Shown here: in pieces, positions 38,499-47,240 of the stretch | Layout of the letters: every line of letters starts with the position of its first letter | How positions within the stretch are numbered: the first letter of the stretch is position 1 | From: Candidatus Falkowbacteria bacterium | GTDB taxonomy: Bacteria > Patescibacteriota > Patescibacteriia > UBA11705 > JACRDX01 | DNA length: 55,639 bases | Direction of reading: 5' to 3' | Assembly: GCA_043798985.1 (NCBI GenBank) | Contig: JAZDOE010000023.1 | Location: 69,626-125,264, forward strand | Notes under the pieces: model-generated | Database searches by the model: none | Seen by the model: only the letters and a program-made list of their open reading frames with translations | Told to the model about the DNA's origin: nothing | Made by a program: the position numbers and the translations under genes

Positions 38499-39897
38499 TT
38501 TTCATGCTTAATATTTTTGTGCCGGCCAAACCAACGCCGATTGGCAACCACATCCGCGCGATAAAGTAAGAAGTTGAAAATAATTCAAAAACAACCAGCG
38601 CGACCAGCATCATTAAAAACGCTAAAATTATATTTTTACTTTTTTCCGTTTCCGCCATTCTATAACCATCAATATATTTTTTAAAACAATAAACTAAAAT
38701 TCCCAAATATCCTATCAACCCCAGCGCACCCGTTTCAACCAGCAGCTTTTGAGCAAAACCATGCGAATCCAAAGGATCGCCAAAATCAACAAAGTAGACA
38801 AACGTTGAACCAAGTAATTTTTGAAAAGTGTTCAAGCCATTTCCAATCACCGGATGTTGCGCGAAATATTCCATTGAAATTTGCGATGACATCAGCCTGT
38901 TGCTGTTGGACAACTGAATAAGATTTAAATTTTGAAACAATGAAAGATAAAAAATAATCGGCAATATTATTAAACATAAAATTACAAAGCCTGTGAGTTG
39001 TTTGCCCCATTTTTTTCTATAATAAACAGCCAAAATAATTATAAATTCCACCAGCAATGCCAGCCATCCGGAGCGCGAATAAGTCAAAATTGTTGTCACC
39101 ATCAATGCGCCAAGTATCAGAACCAACCAATTTTTCACCCTTGTCCTCTGCTCGTTCAAAATAAAAATCAATACTATCGGAATTGTGACAATCAACACTT
39201 CCGCGATCGCGTTATGATTACCGCCCAATGGCGAAAATCCCCAAAAAGAATATGGGACAGCGCGATGAGCAAACCAGCCGCCTTCAGCCGTTGCCACCGA
39301 AAACAGCCCCATGATCATTACCGCGACACCAACAATAAACATGATTCGCAACACGCCAAACAATCGCTTCTGCGTTTTGATCATGTCATACGGCAAAACA
39401 ATGAACATCAAATAAAAAAACAAAAGCGGCCGCAACCAATATCTGAACCCCAGCAAAATATTGTCATTATTGATTATTGACAGGGCACTCACCACCAAAA
39501 AAAACAACGCTGCTCCAAGCGCTGGAAAATCTCTAAAACCAATGTGATTTGTTTTTGTCCACGTTATCAATTTTTTAATCAGCCACGCGCCAAAAACCAG
39601 CAATGCGAGCAAATCAACATATGGCAAATTCAATGCGCCTATTTTAAATTCCCACGCGACAAATGGATAGAAAAAAATCATTAAATAGAAAGCAAAATCA
39701 ATAAAATGAACAACGAGCATTAACGCGAGAACAACCAAATCAGCGGCGATTACATACCACGGATCAACAAAAAACATCGCGATTAAACTGGCGCCAGCCA
39801 AAATCAGCAACACAACAATCAACAATTTTGAAAAATCATTGGCGTTTGATTCTATTAAAAATTGTTTTAATTTCTTTATCATTTTGTCATTGGACAT
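38488..39897 (-). CDS. O-antigen ligase/Wzy-like polymerase family membrane protein
   Basis: About 12 TM; TYSRSGWL, HPVIGNG, SHGFAQKLLVETGALG. Confidence 0.85.
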   Translation of the reverse strand: MSNDKMIKKLKQFLIESNANDFSKLLIVVLLILAGASLIAMFFVDPWYVIAADLVVLALMLVVHFIDFAFYLMIFFYPFVAWEFKIGALNLPYVDLLALLVFGAWLIKKLITWTKTNHIGFRDFPALGAALFFLVVSALSIINNDNILLGFRYWLRPLLFFYLMFIVLPYDMIKTQKRLFGVLRIMFIVGVAVMIMGLFSVATAEGGWFAHRAVPYSFWGFSPLGGNHNAIAEVLIVTIPIVLIFILNEQRTRVKNWLVLILGALMVTTILTYSRSGWLALLVEFIIILAVYYRKKWGKQLTGFVILCLIILPIIFYLSLFQNLNLIQLSNSNRLMSSQISMEYFAQHPVIGNGLNTFQKLLGSTFVYFVDFGDPLDSHGFAQKLLVETGALGLIGYLGILVYCFKKYIDGYRMAETEKSKNIILAFLMMLVALVVFELFSTSYFIARMWLPIGVGLAGTKILSMKNEQ

Positions 39898-39914
39898 TGA
39901 TTGAAAATTGATAA

Positions 39915-40910
39915 TTAAAAATTAAAAATTTTCTTACTGATAATCCATTGCGCGACTGTCTGCCAATGTCTTTTTATTGCCGTTCGCGCGGTGCAAATCA
40001 TCCAATAATCAACTTCATATCCCTTTAATTTGTCTCGCGCGGACTGCGCTTCGTCGGAAAACCAAAATTCCTTAAAATCTTTTAGCTCGCTAATATTGCC
40101 CATTATAATGTTATCCATCACGGATGGATAAATATCGCCCTTTGGGTCAAGATAAAAAAAGTCTTGGCCAGAATAACTTGGTAATGGCGCGCGCCGTCCT
40201 TTAATAATATCAATTAAACCATTTATAAAATACGCGCGCGCCCAATTTTTAGGATTAAATCCTTGAACAAACTTTTTGTTCAACTCAACTAATGCGCTGG
40301 CTAATTTCTGCTTGGCGGCTGGCAACTTATTTTTTACCCCGCCGAAATAAAAGTCAGAACTTTGTGCCAAAGCCATGGTAAAACCAATTCCTAAATTTTT
40401 AGAAAACTCAAAAAGTTTATTTAAGTCCTTATAATTATCGCCTGTCATTGTGAACGCGATTTTAACTCTTTTCCCACCCAATAGGGCTTTGGCAAATATT
40501 AAACTATCCAAAACTTTGTGCCAGCCGCCATCTATTCCTCGTATTTTTTCATGCATTTTTCCAAAACCATCAACAGAAATATTTAATTCAATATTTGGCG
40601 CGGCTTCCAAAATTCTAGGCAACTGCTTTTTTATCACATCAACCAAAAAGCCGTTTGACGAAATAACAAGCCGCGCTCTTGGGGCGGCTCGCCTAATTTC
40701 CTCTATTATTTCAACCAAATCAGAACGCAAAAACGGCTCGCCGCCAGAAATATTTATATCCCTTAAACTGGTCGGCAACCTTTTGTACGTTACAGCAGGC
40801 ATTTCTGGAAAATCTTTGATTTTCCAGATGCCGCACATTGTGCAACGCGAATTACAGCGATATGTCACCGCAACAACCGCGTCAACTGGCATTTTTATTT
40901 TTAGTTGCAT
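39915..40910 (-). CDS. Radical SAM protein with degenerate SPASM/twitch region
   Basis: CNSRCTMC, ISGGEP, ISSNG, SVDG; start at 40910 (7 nt after TGcTATAAT) or 40892. Confidence 0.88.
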   Translation of the reverse strand: MQLKIKMPVDAVVAVTYRCNSRCTMCGIWKIKDFPEMPAVTYKRLPTSLRDINISGGEPFLRSDLVEIIEEIRRAAPRARLVISSNGFLVDVIKKQLPRILEAAPNIELNISVDGFGKMHEKIRGIDGGWHKVLDSLIFAKALLGGKRVKIAFTMTGDNYKDLNKLFEFSKNLGIGFTMALAQSSDFYFGGVKNKLPAAKQKLASALVELNKKFVQGFNPKNWARAYFINGLIDIIKGRRAPLPSYSGQDFFYLDPKGDIYPSVMDNIIMGNISELKDFKEFWFSDEAQSARDKLKGYEVDYWMICTARTAIKRHWQTVAQWIISKKIFNF

Positions 40911-40936
40911 ATGCCAAATTATAGCACAAATTAACC

Positions 40937-40972
40937 AAAAGAAAAGCGCCTTGATACTTTGTATCAAGGCGC
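40937..40972 (-). terminator. Intrinsic terminator of the 1550-aa gene
   Basis: Perfect 12-bp stem gcgccttgatac-ttt-gtatcaaggcgc followed by TTTTCTTTT on the minus strand. Confidence 0.85.
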
Positions 40973-40995
40973 ACTACTACTTTGTCAACGCGTCT

Positions 40996-43900
40996 TTATA
41001 AGCACACATTGACAAACACGATCTCTCCTTCTCCGCCGGGATCAATGACCCCGACACGAACCGAGTACGTCAGCTGCCCACCGCCAGTATAGTAGCACGA
41101 AGCCACCACGCTCGGGGTCCACTGATACAGGTTCCCATTCTTGCAGTTGAAATCAATCCAACCAGACTCTGCCGGAATGGTCAGATTTTCTCCGCGCTCG
41201 CACACCTGCGGTGCGCTCGCGCTCCACGTGGAGTTGTTCGTGGCTCCTTCCCACGAGTACCCCGGAGCTCCGCCCCACCAGACCACTGGCACGTATCCGG
41301 CCGGACACACGAAGTCGCAGGCGAGCAGATTCAATGGACACCCGTTGTCCACCTTGCCGTCGCAGTCATTGTCCAGCCCATCCCCGCAAACCTCCTTGCC
41401 GGGAATCTTGAATGGGCAGTCGTACTCACAGCCATCGTCCGCGACCTTGTTCAAGTCATAGTACGACGAATCGCAGGACAGCACCGTGCACTCTCCCGCG
41501 CTACAACCAACCGTTGCCACGTGCGGCAGAAGCGCGCAGTTCGTATCGCACCCACCGCAATGGCTTGGGTCAGACGCGAACGCGAAGTCCTCATCCACCT
41601 TGCCGTCGCAGTCATTGTCAAACCCGTCGCACTGCTCCCCTCCCTGCACAACGCACGGGCCGTACTCGCAGCCATTGGCCGCGATTCCGTCCACATTGTA
41701 GTACATGGCATCGCACGCGACGAGCTGGCACACGCCATTGACACAGGCCGCGCTTGCATTTGCGAACGAGCACTTGTTCCCGCACTTGCCGCAATTCAGC
41801 GGGTCAATCGCGAGATTGAAGTCCTCGTCGATCTGCTCGTCGCAGTCATTGTCAAAACCGTCGCAAATCTCCGGCACCGCTGACTTGCCGCCGAGGCATT
41901 CGCCCCATTTTCCAGCAACGCATGTCTGCGTGCAAACCTTGCAAAGACCTTCGTCCGTTCCATTGGTCTTGGTCTCACCGTTTTTGCACGAACAACCTTC
42001 GTTGAAACTGCCATCGCAGTCTTCGTCCTTGCCAGACGCATCGCAATCCTCCGGACCTGCGAACACGCAAACGTATTCGCAGCCATTGGCCGCAACGCCA
42101 TCCAGATCAAACCGATTCGGCAGACAGGAATCTACCGCACACTTGCCTTTCTCGCACTTCGCAACCGCGCCGTCAAGCGAACACACGTTTCCGCACTGCC
42201 CGCAATTCTGGCTGTCAGACTGGACATTGAAGTCTTCATCCACAAGCCCGTCGCAGTCGTCATCCACTCCATTGCACTTCTCCACACCAGCATTCAGGCA
42301 CAGATACTCGCAACCATTGGACGCGTCCTTGTCCGCATCGTAGAACAGCGCGTCGCATGCGCCCATCAGGCACTTGCCATTTCCACACAGCGCTTGCGCT
42401 CGCGGGAACCAGCATTCATTTCCGCACCAGCCACAATTGGCCGGGTCAGTCTGCATGTTGAACCCATTGTCCACCGCGCCGTCGCAGTCATTGTCCTTGC
42501 TGTCACACAGCTCAGGTACTGCCCCCACGCCGCCGACACAGTCAGTCCACTCTCCGCCAAGGCAGAATTGCAAGCATGGCTCACACTCTCCCTCGTCAGA
42601 GCCAACCAGCATGAACTCCTCATCCTTGCATTTGCAGTCTTCGTTGAAACTTCCATCGCAGTCTTCGTCTTTCATGCCCGCGTCACAGAGTTCAACCCCG
42701 CTTGGCGTGCACTTGTACTCGCAACCGTTTTCAGGCTGTCCGTCCAGATCGTAGAATCCCGGCTGGCACCACGAAACAATGCACTCGCCATCATCGCAGC
42801 TCACAAACGCCTTGTACAACGAGCACACATTGCCGCACTGGCCGCAGTTGCTCACTTCGGACGAAAGGTCAAACCCCTCGTCCACCAGCCCGTCGCAGTT
42901 GTCGTCAACGCCATTGCATTTCTCCACACCCGCATTCAGGCACAGATACTCGCAACCATTGACCGCGTCCTTGTCCGCATCGTAGAACAGCTTGTCGCAG
43001 GCTCCGAGCTTGCACTCGCCATCCACGCACATTGCCTGCGCGTTCGCGAACGAACACGAGTGACCGCACCAACCACAGTTGGCCGTGTCGGTCTGCGTAT
43101 TGAAGTCCTCGTCAACCGAACCGTCGCAGTCATCGTCCGCATTGTTGCAGAGTTCAGGCGCCGGCGTCTTACCGCCAAGGCACAAACCCCACTTCCCGCC
43201 AACGCACGTCTGCGTACAAGCGACACACTCACCCTCGTCCGTGCCACCTGTCTTGGTCTCGCCGTCAACACAGCCGCAACCCTCATTGGCGCTACCATCG
43301 CAATCTTCGTCAACCATTGCGATGTCGCAGACTTCCGCACCAGTCGTAGTGCATTTGTACTCGCAGCCATTTTCAGGCTGTCCGTCCAAATCCACGTATC
43401 CGGTATTGCAGCCGTCCACCAAGCACTTGCCGAAGAAGCAGACATTGTTGCTAACCTGCCACAGGTTGCACACCTTGCCGCACTGCCCGCAGTTGTTCAG
43501 GTCGTTGAAGAAATTGAAATCCTCGTCAACCTGACCGTCGCAGTCGTCGTCAACGCCATTGCACTTCTCAACCCCGCTCGGAACGCAAGCATACTCGCAT
43601 CCATCAGCAGGGTCGTTGTTCACGTCGTGGTAAAAGCCCGTGCATCCTCCCATTTTGCACAAGCCAGCGACGCACAGCGCATTGGCATTGGAAAACGTGC
43701 AGACATGCCCGCACCAGCCGCAGTTCACAGGATCAGCCATCAGGCTGAAATCCTCGTCAACCGAGCCGTCGCAGTCATTGTCGCTGTAGTCGCAGACTTC
43801 CGGCGTCGCAGAAACTCCGCCAACGCAATCAGACCACTGACCGTCAACACACGTCTGCGTGCACTTCTGGCAAACTCCCTTATCCGTACCAACGGACTTG

Positions 43901-45648
43901 GTATCACCGTCCGCGCACTTGCAGTCCTCGTTGAACGAACCATCGCAATCTTCGTCAACCATCGCGACATCGCACAGTTCGACTCCTGCCGCTGTACACT
44001 TGTACTCGCAGCCATTCAGCGGGTCCTCGTCCAAATCCACGAAACCCGCATCACAGGTCGCGACCATGCACTTGCCGAAGAAACACATCGGCTGGACTTT
44101 GTACAGAGAACAAATGTTCCCGCACTTGCCGCAGTTGTCCACGTCGTCAAACAGACCGAAATCTTCATCCGCTTCGCCGTCGCAATCATCATCCACTCCG
44201 TTGCATTTTTCCGCGCCAGTAAACCAGCACGGATATTCGCAACCAGGAGAGTACTGGTCAATGTCATACCAACCTGCATTGCATTCGACGAGCTCACACT
44301 CGCCATCCACACACACCATGCCCGCGTTCGGCTCTCCACATATCACTCCGCAAAAACCGCAGTTGTCCACGTCGGTCAGCAGGTCAAAATCTTCGTCCTT
44401 CTGTCCGTCGCAGTCATTGTCGCTGTAGTCGCAAACTTCCATCTGCGACTTGATCTCGCCGACACACTGTTTGCTTCCATCTGCCAGACAGAACGAAACG
44501 CCCATCTGGCACTCGCCAACCTGCGAACCGCAGATCGCGCCAACCACGCACGGACAACCCTCGTCAACTTCGCTGTCGCAATCCTCGTCCGCAAATCCGT
44601 CGCAGACTTCTGGGCCCACGAGTTGGCACTCGCACCCATCAGCCGCGTCTTCATTCGCGTCCGCAAATCCGACATCGCACTTCTCGGCAACGCAGTTTCC
44701 GTAGAAACACATTGCCTTGGCGTTCGCGAACTCGCACTTGTTGCCGCACTGGCCGCAGTTGTTCACATCAGTCAACAAGTTGAAATCCTCGTCAACCAAC
44801 CCATCGCAGTCATTGTCCAGACCGTCGCACTTCTCAATGCCAGCCCACGTGGGCAAGCACTGGAACTCGCAACCATCGCTCTCAAAACCATTGAGATCAA
44901 CGAAAGACGACTGGCATGCGTACACGCAATTGCCAGCAACGCAAGTTGCTGACGCGTTTGGCGTCGCGCACTTGTTGCCGCACTCGCCGCAGTTGTCCAC
45001 GTCCTTCTTCAGGTTGAACGCCTCGTCACTGTAACCGTCGCAATCATTGTCCTTGCCGTCACAAACCTCGGGCGTCGGCGAAATTCCGCCGACACAGTCG
45101 GCCCACTTGTTGTCCGCGCCGCAAGTCTGCTCGCCCGGGTGACACTCACCTTTGTTCAAATTCTGCGACAAACCGCAGAAGCGAACTTCGCCAGCCGTGC
45201 ACTCGGTCTTGACCGGCGGCTGTTCGCCATTGTTCCCGTTGGCCGAACCATTGTTGTTGCCGCCATTGTTTCCACCGGACGAACCGTTGTTGCCAGCCGG
45301 CACCCAGTTCGCATCCTGACCAGCAGTGCTTCCGCACCGGCCGTTCACGCAAACCAGCCCACCGGCCCCGTACGTTTCGTAGCAGTTGAAAGCCGAGATG
45401 CACTCGTCCTTGCAGCTGCCGTCGTCCATGCACTTGCCGGTCGCGCAGTCGTCGTCCGAAAGGCATCCGACCTGCCGAACCACGTCGCCCGCCAGGTCAT
45501 CTTTGCCCCACGAGGAATCCTCGGGGCAACCAGATGCGAACACCACCATCAGCACGCACCACACCATTGTCACGAGTTTCTTCATGGCACCACCTCCATT
45601 GTTTTTGCCATTGCCCAACCAGAAAAACGAACCGTTTCTCTTCTTCAT
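40996..45648 (-). CDS. Giant Cys-rich repeat lipoprotein with 18 MopE-like CDGxDNDCDG motifs
   Basis: FASGC lipobox after ATG 45585; six ~214-aa units, each with three C[DN]..D[NDE][DN]CD motifs and two NCGxCG-type modules. Confidence 0.9.
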   Translation of the reverse strand: MKKRNGSFFWLGNGKNNGGGAMKKLVTMVWCVLMVVFASGCPEDSSWGKDDLAGDVVRQVGCLSDDDCATGKCMDDGSCKDECISAFNCYETYGAGGLVCVNGRCGSTAGQDANWVPAGNNGSSGGNNGGNNNGSANGNNGEQPPVKTECTAGEVRFCGLSQNLNKGECHPGEQTCGADNKWADCVGGISPTPEVCDGKDNDCDGYSDEAFNLKKDVDNCGECGNKCATPNASATCVAGNCVYACQSSFVDLNGFESDGCEFQCLPTWAGIEKCDGLDNDCDGLVDEDFNLLTDVNNCGQCGNKCEFANAKAMCFYGNCVAEKCDVGFADANEDAADGCECQLVGPEVCDGFADEDCDSEVDEGCPCVVGAICGSQVGECQMGVSFCLADGSKQCVGEIKSQMEVCDYSDNDCDGQKDEDFDLLTDVDNCGFCGVICGEPNAGMVCVDGECELVECNAGWYDIDQYSPGCEYPCWFTGAEKCNGVDDDCDGEADEDFGLFDDVDNCGKCGNICSLYKVQPMCFFGKCMVATCDAGFVDLDEDPLNGCEYKCTAAGVELCDVAMVDEDCDGSFNEDCKCADGDTKSVGTDKGVCQKCTQTCVDGQWSDCVGGVSATPEVCDYSDNDCDGSVDEDFSLMADPVNCGWCGHVCTFSNANALCVAGLCKMGGCTGFYHDVNNDPADGCEYACVPSGVEKCNGVDDDCDGQVDEDFNFFNDLNNCGQCGKVCNLWQVSNNVCFFGKCLVDGCNTGYVDLDGQPENGCEYKCTTTGAEVCDIAMVDEDCDGSANEGCGCVDGETKTGGTDEGECVACTQTCVGGKWGLCLGGKTPAPELCNNADDDCDGSVDEDFNTQTDTANCGWCGHSCSFANAQAMCVDGECKLGACDKLFYDADKDAVNGCEYLCLNAGVEKCNGVDDNCDGLVDEGFDLSSEVSNCGQCGNVCSLYKAFVSCDDGECIVSWCQPGFYDLDGQPENGCEYKCTPSGVELCDAGMKDEDCDGSFNEDCKCKDEEFMLVGSDEGECEPCLQFCLGGEWTDCVGGVGAVPELCDSKDNDCDGAVDNGFNMQTDPANCGWCGNECWFPRAQALCGNGKCLMGACDALFYDADKDASNGCEYLCLNAGVEKCNGVDDDCDGLVDEDFNVQSDSQNCGQCGNVCSLDGAVAKCEKGKCAVDSCLPNRFDLDGVAANGCEYVCVFAGPEDCDASGKDEDCDGSFNEGCSCKNGETKTNGTDEGLCKVCTQTCVAGKWGECLGGKSAVPEICDGFDNDCDEQIDEDFNLAIDPLNCGKCGNKCSFANASAACVNGVCQLVACDAMYYNVDGIAANGCEYGPCVVQGGEQCDGFDNDCDGKVDEDFAFASDPSHCGGCDTNCALLPHVATVGCSAGECTVLSCDSSYYDLNKVADDGCEYDCPFKIPGKEVCGDGLDNDCDGKVDNGCPLNLLACDFVCPAGYVPVVWWGGAPGYSWEGATNNSTWSASAPQVCERGENLTIPAESGWIDFNCKNGNLYQWTPSVVASCYYTGGGQLTYSVRVGVIDPGGEGEIVFVNVCL

Positions 45649-45730
45649 TTTGTCCTCCTTGTATCTTGTCTCGAGTTGTCAAAAAACACCAGAAATTTGC
45701 CTGCAAAACAGGCAGTTTCCAGAACAGGTA

Positions 45731-45759
45731 ATTTTAGCGCGTTCAATTCATTTTGTCAA
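45731..45759 (-). promoter_or_regulatory. Sigma70 promoter of the 1550-aa gene
   Basis: TTGACA(45754-45759)-17-TAAAAT(45731-45736). Confidence 0.75.
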
Positions 45760-45774
45760 GCACAAGTCCGTATG

Positions 45775-45845
45775 TAAATTTACACAAGCTCCGCCGCGCT
45801 GGCAAGGTAAAAGAAAAAGCCCCATGCATGTTAGCATAGGGCACC
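45775..45845. repeat. Terminator plus conserved tail, copy 1
   Basis: taaatttacacaa-c.ccgccg-...-ggtaaaa-aaaagcccc-atgc..gcat..gg.gc, also at 47137-47200. Confidence 0.7.
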
Positions 45846-45885
45846 AAGATTGTTTTTCGTCCCTCTCGGTTTAGGACAGCTGGTT

Positions 45886-46998
45886 TTACCAGCAGGATTT
45901 TTCGAACTTGACCTTTCCGTGGATACCGGTGTCTTCCATCTCGTAGTCGGCCGGGGTACAGAGAATTTGCACTTTGAGGTAATCGCCCCAGATGCCATTT
46001 TCAGCATTGAAGCAATTGAACTCAAAGGCCATCTCTCCCCACAGGCACAGCTCGCCGAACGGAATCTTGAACTCCGTGCCGTTCGCAACGTCTGCGGCCG
46101 TGAATGCCCACCAGATACGAACAGATGTGTAATCCGTCGGACAGGTGATCATGCACGTCGCGCCGTCAAACGGCTGGATTGCGACGCCATTGTCAGCCAC
46201 GACTTCCGGCGACTCGGCATCAGCCGCTGCCGAACTGGCATCAACTTCTGCGACCACATCGGTCTCTTCCACACTGGCATCCTGCGACGCGACATCGCCC
46301 TCCTCGAGCTTGTCCTCCGTAGCCGCATCGGCGAAGGAGGATCCGCTGTCACCCCCGGCAACCACATCCTCGGTCGGCTGTGGCGCAACGTCTTCGGTCT
46401 GCGTGATCACGTCCGGTTCGGGCTGCGGTTCAGGCTCGTCGTTCGGCGGATTGTCGTTCCCACCGACTTTGACGCAAAAGCCGTCCTCGCAGATGTACCC
46501 GACGCCGCAATGGCACTCGGGCTCCGGCTGGTTGTCTTCCTGCGTCGCGATTTCCAGCGGATAGCGCTGTTGCTCCAGCGTATCGCCAGAGAAATCCGCC
46601 GAAACATCCGGCTCCGGCATAACTGGAACGCACTCTCCTTCGTTGTTGCAGACGAATCCGTCCGCACATCCGTCGTCATCTTCACACTCTGGCGGCAGTT
46701 GCGTTGCGTCCGCGTACTGCTTACATCCCCACGGCCCAGTGCAGTCGCCTTCGCTGTACGCGTCCTCTGTGTCGTCAGACACATCGTCTTCCGGCTTCGG
46801 CGGGTTGCTCGTGTCATCCTCATGGTTCTCGCCGAACACGTCCTCCTCCATGGACGAATCCACGTACACGTCCTTCGTACAGCCGCTCGTGAAGCATGCC
46901 GCGACCGCCAGCGCCAGCATGGCCAACACCATCGCACCAACGCTCCATGCCTGCGCAACCTGCTCCTGCTCAAACCCGCACTCATTCATCGTCTTCAT
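45886..46998 (-). CDS. Acidic Cys-containing surface (lipo)protein
   Basis: AGAGGTG SD; hydrophobic stretch ending FTSGC; D/E-rich linkers; small Cys modules; C-terminal domain similar to that of the 1550-aa protein. Confidence 0.85.
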   Translation of the reverse strand: MKTMNECGFEQEQVAQAWSVGAMVLAMLALAVAACFTSGCTKDVYVDSSMEEDVFGENHEDDTSNPPKPEDDVSDDTEDAYSEGDCTGPWGCKQYADATQLPPECEDDDGCADGFVCNNEGECVPVMPEPDVSADFSGDTLEQQRYPLEIATQEDNQPEPECHCGVGYICEDGFCVKVGGNDNPPNDEPEPQPEPDVITQTEDVAPQPTEDVVAGGDSGSSFADAATEDKLEEGDVASQDASVEETDVVAEVDASSAAADAESPEVVADNGVAIQPFDGATCMITCPTDYTSVRIWWAFTAADVANGTEFKIPFGELCLWGEMAFEFNCFNAENGIWGDYLKVQILCTPADYEMEDTGIHGKVKFEKSCW

Positions 46999-47067
46999 GG
47001 CTCACCTCTCTAATTGTTTGATTTTCAAGTTTCAACATTATCGTAGGCACACACCTACGAACAAATC

Positions 47068-47096
47068 ATTATATCATATCCTAACAAGAAAGTCAA
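47068..47096 (-). promoter_or_regulatory. Sigma70 promoter of the 45886-46998 gene
   Basis: TTGACT(47091-47096)-17-TATAAT(47068-47073) with extended TG; leader hairpin tcgtagg...cctacga at 47041-47060. Confidence 0.8.
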
Positions 47097-47136
47097 CTGC
47101 CGCGCCTTAATATTATCTAACTTTACACACATTCTC

Positions 47137-47200
47137 TAAATTTACACAAACCCCGCCGTTGACAGGGTAAAAAAAGCCCCAAATGCGTTGCATTCGGAGC
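47137..47200. repeat. Terminator plus conserved tail, copy 2
   Basis: Imperfect direct repeat of 45775-45845, in the same position relative to the upstream gene. Confidence 0.7.
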
Positions 47201-47240
47201 TTGCCAGGAATATTATTGTCCATCCTGACATGGACTCGGT

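Noticed and set aside
42394-44952. 852-aa plus-strand ORF, and similar ones at 45850-47013, 47262-48275 and 48771-49424
   Set aside because: Antisense shadows expected from GC-rich biased codons; no SD, promoter or recognisable motifs, while the minus-strand genes have them.
39915-45648. Radical SAM next to a Cys-rich protein as a ranthipeptide/sactipeptide system
   Set aside because: Separated by a strong terminator and differing in composition; the Cys-rich protein is a 1550-aa exported lipoprotein, and the enzyme lacks SPASM cysteines and belongs with glycan genes.
45775-47200. Integron attC cassette array
   Set aside because: No RYYYAAC/GTTRRRY paired boxes recognised, no integrase, and the genes carry their own promoters.
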